DNA of 64,000 nt, taken from assembly GCA_951406725.2 (NCBI GenBank), contig OX597817.1, positions 147,870,001 to 147,934,000 on the forward strand, read 5' to 3'. Positions within the stretch are counted from its first letter, which is position 1, and each line of letters starts with the position of its first letter. Below are positions 53,698 to 64,000 of the stretch, in pieces. A program made the translations under genes and the position numbers. This stretch comes from Octopus vulgaris (Eukaryota). A model generated the notes under the pieces. That model was not told the origin of the DNA. It did no database searches and was given only the letters and a program-made list of their open reading frames with translations.

Positions 53698-55633
53698 GAG
53701 TATAAATATATATAGGACACTAAGAAGAAGAGTATACATGTAAATTGACTAATTTATCATATATTTAGAACATAAAAAGAAGAGATGCATTAATTATTTA
53801 TTAACTGTGAAATACCTATTAACAAGTAGGAAATACCTGTGCATTTCTATCTTACAGATTTCAACGTAGAATGTTGGACAGAGGAACAGGAAATATATAC
53901 TGGGAATTTTAGCCTTTTCTGTTGAGAAACTTGAACAACAAATATTCAAAGCGTACTCTTAATGGTTATAATGTGTAACATAATATGCCTCATCAGCCAT
54001 CAGACAATATTCTGTATCCCGACCCAAGATCCAGTACCTCGATAATGGGAAGTGGAATTGTAGCACTTCAAAAGAAATACGAATCTTTGGCCTTGTGACA
54101 AACTACGCGCTAGTTCTACCAATTTTCATATTTCTATATTAGCTTAAGGGCACACACATTGGCAGATATATGTTTTAATATCCCACTAAGAATTTTATAA
54201 ATACAACTATGGGAATTTGAATGCTGCTAAAGTGAAACGTATATAATAAATACACTTTTTTTTTATTTAGAAATATCTATAAGTCTGAGTTATCATGATA
54301 TGCCCCTCGGAATTAGAATTCAGTTAAATGAAAATATTTTATCATTTCAAAATTGAAAGATGAATTCAAATCTGTTTCTGTAAACCAAAATTCTCTCCCC
54401 CAATTCATGCAATGTTCGCTTCATTAAATCATGACACTAACTTCACTTTGTTATGAATTCTTTCAATATAAAACCTATTATCTGTGACAGTTATGATGTG
54501 CGTAGGTAGCTTATTATAAGTTCAATATAAATATCTATGACATCTGATGTGAGTAAGTGGCTTAAAAAGAAACGTCTTTGGGCAGTGTTCCGACTTTAGA
54601 GAAAGGTTGTTTTCTCAACTTTGTAACGATAAAACAAATAAAACAATCAAACATATATCAGTAAATATTTTGATGAATCGGGCCAATCTGACTTTCACAA
54701 TTAAGTTAAAGAAATGTTTATCTCTCTCTGGTTTCTCCTCTAAATTATTTTTCTTTCTTTTTCTTTCTTTCTTTTTTTTTGTATCAAACTGCTCAGGAGT
54801 GAATGATTGTTATGTGATTAGTTTAGAAATAGTAAATTTACACGCCAGTAATTATTGACGGCACATTCCCTTGAGATAAATGAAGTCATGTCTGAAAGAT
54901 CAATATATAATTTTTATTTATATTGAAATCTTGTGACAAATTTGTTTATTTAAAATGCTAAGAGCAATGCTACCGTAATTACAAAGCTGGACAAAGTTCT
55001 ATCATAGCAATACGTTACACACAACTAATGACATTTTAACAAATGAAATTGTCAGAATAAAACTTTAATTAGGCGCAATTTCAATGGCCGAATCGATACG
55101 TCTCCACATTTATTTCAGCAATCACAATGAGATATCGAAGAAAAATCGATTATTGTAAATGAAACGAGGAGCCAAAGCAGCTACCAAAGCGAAGACGAAC
55201 AAAGGTTATAATTGTTGTATATTTATATTACCTATAAATAAATACTATTTTAGCAAACAATATATTACAATAGTTTTAAAAGATAAAATAATATATGGGC
55301 GTTTTATCTAAAGTTGGTTAGGTTTCAAATACATTCCAAGCAAATGGGCGACAACAGAATCTTAAATACTTTGGTTTAATGCTGAACGATTAAGGAGTTC
55401 ATTACACGACAAGGAATTTCGTGCAATCGGATTCGATCACACTGCGCGTTAACTTGACGGACTGCCCTTTATTGTAATACCAGGCCGGCGAGTATGTTGA
55501 GAGTGAATTTGGTAGAGGAAAACTGTGTTGAAGCAGATCGTATATTATATATATATATAATATACGATCTGGGAATCAAAACCGCAAGCCCGGTACCCTT
55601 ACCACTAGGCCATTGCGCCTCAACTTTATACAT

Positions 55634-55698
<65 letters not shown>

Positions 55699-55842
55699 CT
55701 GCTCGCTTAGCCAGCGGGATGGCGTCATTCGAAGGCTAAAACAATGCGAACGCATTGTGACCAGCGATGTGTAGCAACATCTGATGGTCTGATCGGTCAC
55801 GTGATCACGTGATATATATATATATATGTGTGTATGTATAAA

Positions 55843-56140
55843 GTGGAGGCGCAATGGCCTAGTGGTAAGGGTTGCGGGCTTGCGGTTTCGATTCCCAGAC
55901 CGGGTGTTGTGAGTGTTTATTGACCGCAAACATCTAAAGCTCCACGAGGCACTGGCAGGCGGTGGTGGCGATCCCTGCTTTACTCTTTCGCTACGGCTTT
56001 CTCTCACTCTTTCTTCTGTTGGCCTGCTCGCGTAGCCAGCGAGGTGGCGTTATTTGAAGGCTAAAACAATGTGAAGTGCATTGTGACCAGTGATGGGTAG
56101 CAACATCTAATAGCCTGGTCGGTCACGGTGATCACGGTGA
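55843..56140 (+). mobile_element. tRNA-derived SINE (head B + tail Z), preceded by an extra tail Z (55696-55812) and an inverted head copy (55568-55640)
   Basis: gtggaggcgcaatggcctagtggtaagg…ggtttcgattcccagacc. Tail ggcctgctcgc…gaaggctaaaacaatg…ggtcggtcacg. Confidence 0.85.
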
Positions 56141-56148
56141 TATATATA

Positions 56149-56319
56149 AAGTATAAGAAGAGGAAAAAGTGTAGGTGTAGACGAACTTTAATTCATAATC
56201 CAGGTTGGTACAGGACTAATATATATTCTACAAATTTTAGAATGTATATTGGTTCTGTACGAACATGGTTTATGAATTAAAGATCGTCTACACCTAAATT
56301 TTTTCCTTTCTATATACTT
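56149..56319. repeat. ~170-bp imperfect palindrome
   Basis: Arms of ~82 bp (…taggtgtagacgaactttaattcata… / …tatgaattaaagatcgtctacaccta…) with a short spacer. Confidence 0.9.
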
Positions 56320-56372
56320 CATCGGCGGACTTTGATGTTTGATATACCTTTAAAGTATTTGGGTTCCCAACT

Positions 56373-56400
<28 letters not shown>

Positions 56401-56406
<6 letters not shown>

Positions 56407-56900
56407 GTCGTCCGGAAAGTTAGTGCTGATTTTTAAAGATAAAAAAAGGTCAATAAATACTTGCCGTTACATTTTTAATCAGCCAAATATGAACCATTTT
56501 GTTGCACAATGCGTCTCCATCTTTCCTTTAACTTGAAAATACCCTTTTCCCAGAATTGAGGTGGTTTCATGGCAAAGATCTCCATCAAGGTATCTTTTTA
56601 CATCACCCAAAGAACTGAAACGTTTACCATTTGGAAATCCGAAGGAGCAATATCCGGTGAATATGAAGGGTGGGGTAACACCACCCAGCGGAGCTGCATC
56701 AATTTTTGTCTGGTTCCCAAATTATCAAGTGTCGAAAATGAACTTTCTTATCTTCCATTTTAAAGGGTTACAGAATTAATACAGTTTATAGGAACATAAA
56801 CCTTGTTACACGAAAATATAGCTTAAACTGTGCTCTAAATGGAAGTGTAGTCAAATCCTATTTTATGGACTGAAATATGTTCTAAAATAAGTCCAAATGT
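56401..56900 (-). mobile_element. Internally deleted mariner remnant
   Basis: TIR TATTGGGTCGTCCGGAAAGT. Minus strand reads PHPSYSPDIAPSDF and FWEKGIFKLKERWRRIVQQNGSY. Confidence 0.88.
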
Positions 56901-56902
56901 AA

Positions 56903-57175
56903 GATATGATGAAGTATTGAAAAATCTGCAGTTATTCTATCCAGATTACAAGTTCAGGTTTATACCTGTAATTATTGGAGCCCTGGGATATACAGCACAC
57001 TGGCTAAATACCAATCTTGAGAAATTAATTTTCTCAAATCCAGAAAGGAGAAAGCTAATACGAAGACTACAGATTCAATCAATCACTGGAACTGTAAACA
57101 TCTGTAAAACTTTCAGAAGTTTATCATTTAGATATATATGAGTATAGCTAGATATGCAACTATATGCATGAGAAT
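56903..57175 (+). mobile_element. RLE non-LTR 3' end (R4/Dong-like)
   Basis: YDEVLKNLQLFYPDYKFRFIPVIIGALG…LQIQSITGTVNICKTF, homologous to 10680-10900. Confidence 0.85.
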
Positions 57176-57179
57176 GCAT

Positions 57180-57530
57180 GTGGAGACGCAATGGCCCAGT
57201 ATTTGGGGTAGCGAACACGCGGTCGTAGGATTGCGGTTTTGATTCCCAGACCTGGCGTTGTGAGTGCTCATTGAGCAAAAACATTTAAAGCTCCAAGTAG
57301 CTCCGGCAGGGCGAACTCTGCTGTATTCTTTCACCACAACTTTCTCTCACCCTTTCTTTCTGTTTCTGTTTTACCTGTATTTCAAAGGGCCAGCCTAGTC
57401 CCAATCTGTGTCACGCTGAATCTCCCCGAGAATTATGTTAAGGGTCCACATGTCAGTGGAGTGTTCAGCCACTTACACGTTAATTTCATGAGCAGGCTGT
57501 TCTGTTGATCGTATCAGCTGGAACCCCATA
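57180..57530 (+). mobile_element. tRNA-derived SINE (head B + tail X)
   Basis: Colinear with the reverse complement of 7128-7430. Confidence 0.82.
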
Positions 57531-58043
57531 CATAAAACATACAAATCTGCACATACGTACATACATACATACACACAGACATGCATACACACATACATAC
57601 ATACACATTTCTATATACATACATACATGCACACACATACAGGCATGCATACGCACATACATACATGCATACACACCCATACGTAGAGTGGGCCATGGTG
57701 CCCCATATATGACTAAAATACTTCATCAGGTTGTGCTATTAAGTTAGACATGATCTGGGTCTATACTGGCCGAAACCTATCAAAGTTGTATGTATGTATG
57801 TATAAGTATATATATATATATATCCAGTCTTCGAAACATATGTCGAGAGTAAAGGAATTTTGATAAAATCGTCGTTCGACTCCATTCTTTCATTTATTTA
57901 TAGTTTAAAAAAACACACACATTTCCACACGAAAACACGTGATTTCTGCCCTTGGCATGTAGCTTCAACCGTGTTTTCTGACGTGAATTTGCTACCCGGG
58001 TATCGGTTAACCGAATTGTTCATACTAGGATAATTCATTCACC

Positions 58044-58088
<45 letters not shown>

Positions 58089-58447
58089 AAACAGTTCTCA
58101 TATAAATAGTTTTCAGAAGCTACTTGTCACGTGAACTATACTAATAGTTATTATATTAAACAACCAAATCCACCTCTTACAAGAAAAGAAATTCTTATTT
58201 TGCGCCATTGAAATGAATTTTAGAGACATGTGTACTTTCTTAAGCTTTCGCACATAACATCGTGACATGATTATTAATAAAAGTATTAATAATAAAAATA
58301 TCACATGAATATTTATTAATTTCGGGTATTAGCGATGACTACAGTCATGGAATTATCAAGATTATTATAAACTAATTATATAACATGACGAAAAGATTTT
58401 ACTCTGACGTATAAGTTATAGATACAGACATGCATACACACACATAC

Positions 58448-58507
<60 letters not shown>

Positions 58508-58508
58508 C

Positions 58509-58544
<36 letters not shown>

Positions 58545-58623
58545 TGTTCATGTATACACGCACATCTACATATCTCTGTCTGTGTCTCTTTCTCTGCCTG
58601 TCTGTCTGTCTCTATATAGAGTG

Positions 58624-58948
58624 AAGGCGCGTGGCTTAGAGGTTAGGGGCATTCGGCTCATGATCGTAAGGTCGTGAGTTCAATTCCCGGCGGCGCGTTA
58701 TGTCCATGCGCAAGACACTTTATTTCACGTTGCTCCAGTCAACTCAGCTGGCAAAAATGAGTAGTACCTGTAATTCAAAGGAGTCAGCCTTGTCACATAC
58801 TGTGTCGTGCTGAATCTCCCTGAGAACTACGTTAAGGGTACGCGTGTTTGTGTAGTGCTCAATCCCTTACACGTTAATTTCACGAGCAAGTTGTTCCGTT
58901 GATCGTATCAGACAGGGCCCTCGTCGTCGCAACCGACGGAGTGCTCCT
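58624..58948 (+). mobile_element. tRNA-derived SINE (head C + tail X)
   Basis: gcgtggcttagaggttagg…gagttcaattccc A and B boxes. Tail gctgaatctccctgagaac…cacgttaatttcacgagc is shared with 57400-57520. Confidence 0.82.
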
Positions 58949-59070
58949 TTAATCTATATGGACAGTTAGACAGATAAGCATCTAGGTACGCAAAACAATA
59001 TAACAATATAAAACAAATGAATCAATATGCTGTTCGCTGTTGGGATCACCATCAATAATAAAATAATAAT

Positions 59071-59468
59071 CCTTTCTACTATAGACACAAGACCTGAAAT
59101 TTGGGGCATGGGGATAGTCGATTACATTGACTCTAATACTCAACTGGTACTTAATTTATCAACCCCGAAATTATGAAATTATAAAGTGGACCTGGACGGA
59201 ATTTGAACTCAGGACGTGGCGACGGGCGAAATACCTATTTCTTTACTACCCATAAGGGGCTAAACACAGAGAGGACGAACAAGGACAGATATACGGATTA
59301 AATCGATTATATCGACCCAAGTGCGTAACTGGTACTTATTTAATCGACCCAGAAAGGATGAACGGCAAAGTCGACCTCAGCGGAATTCGAACTCAGAACG
59401 TAACGACAGACGAAATACGGCTACGCATTTCGCCCGGCGTGCTAAAGATTCTGCCAGCTCGCCGCCTT
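59071..59468 (-). mobile_element. Family A SINE dimer (tail A unit nested in a tail-B copy)
   Basis: Junction at 59235/6. Outer TSD ATAATAAAATAATAAT. Confidence 0.9.
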
Positions 59469-59477
59469 CTATAATAA

Positions 59478-59574
<97 letters not shown>

Positions 59575-59576
<2 letters not shown>

Positions 59577-59988
59577 CCTACCAAAAACTGAGCAAATATA
59601 AAGATCTTGAAATAGAAATCAGCAAAATGTGGAACCTGAAAACTGAAGCAATACCTGTTGTCATAGGTGCCCTGGGAATGATAGCGAAAGGGGTGATTGC
59701 TACCTAACTCAGATACCAGGAAACCCAAAAATGGTAGAAATTTAAAAGATAGTGCTCATGGGGACTGCTCATATCCTATGCAAAATACTTTTTATGTAAT
59801 CTCAGGGTTTAAAACAAACATAATTATGGTTTTTTTTTTTAGACATTCTCTAGTACAACACCAAAAAAACCCTCCAAATATATGGCACATTAGGCATAAC
59901 AACAACATGAACTTCCAACCTGTTGTCTCTTGAGGTCTCTGGGTGAGACTTGGAGCCAACTTGTACAAATATAAAGCCAAAGTCAAAC

Positions 59989-59990
<2 letters not shown>
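59575..59990 (+). mobile_element. R4/Dong-like LINE 3' end inserted in (TAA)n
   Basis: QKLSKYKDLEIEISKMWNLKTEAIPVVIGALG…KIVLMGTAHILCKIL, with pure (TAA)n on both sides. Confidence 0.9.
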
Positions 59991-60065
<75 letters not shown>

Positions 60066-60084
60066 GTCTTGATGTAATAACAGG

Positions 60085-60595
60085 TAGTGGCTCGCATGGC
60101 TTCCAATCTTAACTGATTGGAAATGTTATCATGTACATGATTTGACTTGCTGTAAATGGGCTACACCAAATATTCTGCAGCGTACCACTCATTTTGGCAC
60201 AGTTGTGTGTTGCTTGACCATAACTAGTTGAGCATGTCCCTTAGTGGCTGGCGGTGTCTGCATTTTTTTTTTACCACGAGCAGGAGTGGTGGAGGAGCAT
60301 CATAGCCATGTGTTGAAATGGCTTCTGCGGAGTTTGAATAGTTCAACCTGGAAATATGGGTGTTTCGGTTATCATCTTCCGGCAACTCTTATTCAGAGAC
60401 CTTTTGACTGAGATGAGATACCCGACCCCAAGAAAGTTCTAACTGGGCCCCATCTGGATGGTCATGGGCTGTTTATCTTTATATGAGATCCCTATGCTGC
60501 ACTCATGTGGCTGTGATGCTTGTGCATGGTGTACCATTATCAGACGGCAGGTGATGTCGGTTATATTGGGTTTCGTATATTTGTACTCCATTGTC
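60085..60595 (-). mobile_element. Diverged interspersed repeat, possibly RTE-related
   Basis: GC-richer block resembling a common octopus repeat as I recall it. No second copy in this window. Confidence 0.35.
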
Positions 60596-60728
60596 CAGAA
60601 AGGGTAGCTATTTGTGACTGCATTCCATCGTTGTCAATTAACTTCTTAAATTCCAAGAGTTGATGAAGGTTATGCGACCAAACCTCCAAGCAAATTCTCC
60701 TCTATTCTTTCCTGCAAGGGATTACACA

Positions 60729-60891
<163 letters not shown>

Positions 60892-61832
60892 TGTGTGTAT
60901 AAAAGAGACCAAAGTGTACATACGCCGCTATATTTTATATATAAAAATACAAAAATGGGAAAACAAAATATCCAGAAAACAAGGACGGATCATTCGGAGT
61001 TTGTCTGGATGTTTTGCGTTCTTGTCCCATTTTTGTATTATATATATATATATATATATATATCCGTTGTATGCAGATATGTGCGCATGTGCAGATGGAT
61101 GTGAATATCTGTTTCTCATTTGCTTGCATAATTTAATTTGAATTTATCACTTTTGCGCTAGTCTTTGTTATCAATTGAACAATTTCTAAATTTTGAATAC
61201 AAAGTTACTACAAGAAATAACATGTACAACATGCTATATTAGTATTTTATAGCTAAATTACATGTGTTTGGACATCTACAGGCATATTATTGTATCCGAG
61301 ATAATCACACATTGCCTCTGATATCGTCTGCTATCAACGAGCTATTGAGGGAATTTTCTACAAGCTTTTATTACTATCTTCTGCTAGTTGGCCTACCTAT
61401 TAGTCTATACTTAACATGCTTCGACTAAGTTGGGTATTTCAGAAAATAGCTTTTTGTAATCGAATGTCTATTTCCTGTAGAGAAGATGAACAGACTGGAT
61501 TTCTCCCATTTTAAATAGAACATGAGCAATTCAGTATAGAGAGAAACACACATTATTGTGATTTTATTTTCATCCCAAGAGAAAATATCTGCGATATTTA
61601 ATATGTAGAATATTTTTTTGTTTTACTGTTCTTAGTTGCGTCTTTTGTTTTATTCCTGTATTCACTGTTCTTGGAGTGAAAATCATTATTGTTTGTCTAT
61701 TGTTGGATCTTATTGATGAAAACTTTCATTCGAAAATATCTTCGATATTTTTTTTGTTCCGGTCTTATATCATCTGTTGAAATAGTTCTCAATATAGTTT
61801 TACAGTTGTAGGTTTTATATTGCTATTTATAT

Positions 61833-62824
61833 CATCATCATGGTTCTTCTTCTTCTTCTTCTTCTTCTTCTTCTTCTTCTTCTTCTTCTTCTTCTTCTTC
61901 TTCTTCTTCTTCTTCTCCTCCTCCTCCTCCTCCTCATCATCATCATTATCATCATCATCATCATCCATACCCGTTTGTGCATATGACATTTTACACCGTG
62001 AGTGGGTCTTCTCCTCCTCCTTCTTCTTCATCTTCTTCAACTTCTTCTTCTTCATCTTCTTCTTCTTCTTCTTCTTCTTCTTCTTCTTCTTCTTCTTCTT
62101 CTTCTTCTTCTTCTTCTTCTTCTTCTTCTTCTTCTTCTTCTTCTTCTTCTTCTTCTTCTTCTTCTTCTTCTTCTTCTTCTTCTTCTTCTTCTTCTTTTTC
62201 TTCTTCTTCTTTTTCTTCTTCTTCTTCTTTTTCTTCTTCTTCTTTTTCTTCTTCTTCTTCTTCTTCTTCTTCTTCTTCTTCTTCTCCTCCTCCTCCTCCT
62301 CATCATCATCATCATCCATACCCGTTTGCGCATATGGCATTTTACACCGTCAGTGGTTCTTCCTCTTCTTCTTCTTTTTCTTCTTCTTCTTTTTCTTCTT
62401 CTTCTTCTTCTCCTTCTTTTTCTTCTTCTTCCTCTTCTTCTTTTTCTCCCTCTTCTTCTTCTTCTTCTTCTTTTTCTTTCTCTTCTTCTTCTTCTTCTTC
62501 TTCTTCTTCTTCTTCTCCTCCTCCTCCTCCTCCTCATCATCATCATCATCATCATCCATACCCGTTTGCGCATATGGCATTTTACACCGTGAGTGGTTCT
62601 TCTTCTTCTTCTTCTCCTCCTCCTCCTCCTCCTCATCATCATCATCATCATCCATACCCGTTTGCGCATATGGCATTTTACACCGTGAGTGGTTCTTCTT
62701 CTTCTTCTTCTTCTTCTTCCTTTTCTTCTTCTTCTTCTTCTTCTTCTTCTTCCTTTCCTTCTTCTTCTTCCTCTTCTTCCTTTTCTTCTTCTTCTTCTTC
62801 CTTTTCTTCTTCTTCTTCTTCCTT

Positions 62825-62869
<45 letters not shown>

Positions 62870-62922
62870 TTCTCATCATCATCATCCATATCTATTTGCG
62901 CGTAGGGAATTTTACACCGTGA
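61833..62922. repeat. Composite array: (TTC)n-(TCC)n-(TCA)n plus a constant 42-bp unit, 5 copies
   Basis: TCCATACCCGTTTGCGCATATGGCATTTTACACCGTGAGTGG at 61964, 62315, 62555 and 62651, with a diverged copy at 62885. Confidence 0.95.
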
Positions 62923-63294
62923 ACTTACAGCCCACTGATGTCCGCTTAGCCGCTTATTATTTCAGGCTCGATAAAATACAGCACTACTCAAATATTCGAT
63001 TAAACACGCTTCTCTAAAACATAGACAGTCTTGTGCCAAAGTTTGATAGAACTATTACTATTGTTGCTGTTATTTTTTGTTGTCCAACTGTAAATCTTTC
63101 TCAAACGAACGAATCTACTATGAACGGAATTTCAGCTGTAACCATCACGGATATCATGTAAAGGTCCTCCAAAAATTCTAAATACTGTATTATACATATT
63201 CTAAATACTGTTTTGTCCTTGTAAACTCCAGACGCAGAGGACGTTAGGAGTACCGACGTCCTGAGCACTTAAGCGATAAACCACAAGCATCCTT

Positions 63295-63720
63295 TATGTT
63301 AGCCTGGGGACTTTGTTCGGAAGAATGATCGGAAGATCCTGAAGCAGATGCTATACGGCGATCTTATTCGTGGAATGCGACCCCAGCGAGAACCAAGACT
63401 ACGATTTAAAAATTGTATAAATTCGTCATTGACAGAATGACGAATGTCGAACATCAATTGGGAAAGCAATGCTTGGCATCTCTTCCATTGGAGGAGACAA
63501 GTACTGGGAGGAATGCAGTGGAATGCAAGCGAGCTGCTCAAAAATGGACCGCAGAATTTAAGTGAGCTGCTCGAAAATAGATCGCAGAATTTAAGCGAAA
63601 GGCTCGATAATGGACCGCCACTATAGTGAATGTAGAAGGTTGGTCTGCTATATCTGCGAACGTGTATGGTTATCGGAGGCTGGGTTATTATCAGCGAATA
63701 TATTCATGTAAGCAAATAAT
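63295..63720 (+). mobile_element. RTE-clade LINE C-terminal fragment with 33-bp tandem triplication
   Basis: DRKILKQMLYGDLIRG.R…PRLRFKN…INWE, then LVCYICERV..SEAGL zinc-finger remnant. 33-bp repeats at ~63528-63620. Confidence 0.72.
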
Positions 63721-64000
63721 TCTGTTCATGTACAAATATGTACAAACACCTCACACGTGCACATGGAGTAGGAGTAGTGTTGGAGTATGGATAGTAAGTC
63801 GAATGCTCATGCGGTGGTGGGTTAAATGTAAGCATTTTGTCGTTCACTAAACAAGGACACACAGACACATACACACAAATGTAAATGTAGGCATATATAT
63901 ATAAAAATATAAATATAGATAAATATATATAGATATACATTTATATATACATACACACATATATGCACACACAGTATATCTCTTTCTATATCTAACTACT

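Noticed and set aside
56305-56332. CCGATGAAG…GAAA on the minus strand
   Set aside because: No stem I or stem III pairing.
57700-57790. CTGATGA on the minus strand and GGCCGAAAC on the plus strand
   Set aside because: The two hammerhead halves are on opposite strands, so no complete fold is possible.
61789-63017. Long ORFs (poly-F/S/K/R) and a CRISPR-like alternation of constant and variable segments
   Set aside because: The ORFs are translations of triplet repeats. The variable segments are microsatellites rather than unique spacers, there are no cas genes, and the context is eukaryotic.

Overview
AT-rich, microsatellite-dense eukaryotic DNA, most likely intergenic or intronic. The repeat repertoire strongly suggests an octopus or other coleoid cephalopod, which is an inference from remembered repeat sequences. 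I can support no host protein-coding exon, and almost all ORFs in the track are microsatellite artefacts. The window holds many degraded mobile elements. (1) A young 5'-truncated Penelope-like retroelement (741-2980) has a GIY-YIG ORF, inverted pseudo-LTRs and a variant hammerhead ribozyme in each arm. (2) There is a second inverted Penelope-like copy (~49007-50430) and several short hammerhead-bearing remnants, most of them lodged in (TA)n. (3) R4/Dong-type RLE LINE 3' ends are piled into (TAA)n and (CATA)n. (4) There are RTE, CR1, L1/Tx1 and CRE-like LINE fragments. (5) There are mariner, Chapaev3-like, Helitron, HINE-like and MITE-like DNA elements. (6) There are more than 20 tRNA-derived SINE copies. 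The most notable patterns are these: one SINE subtype joins other copies of its own family at the same nucleotide (AAATA|GGTATTTCG) six times; several unrelated minimal hammerhead variants occur in microsatellite-embedded elements; and a composite microsatellite/42-bp repeat array sits near the end of the window.
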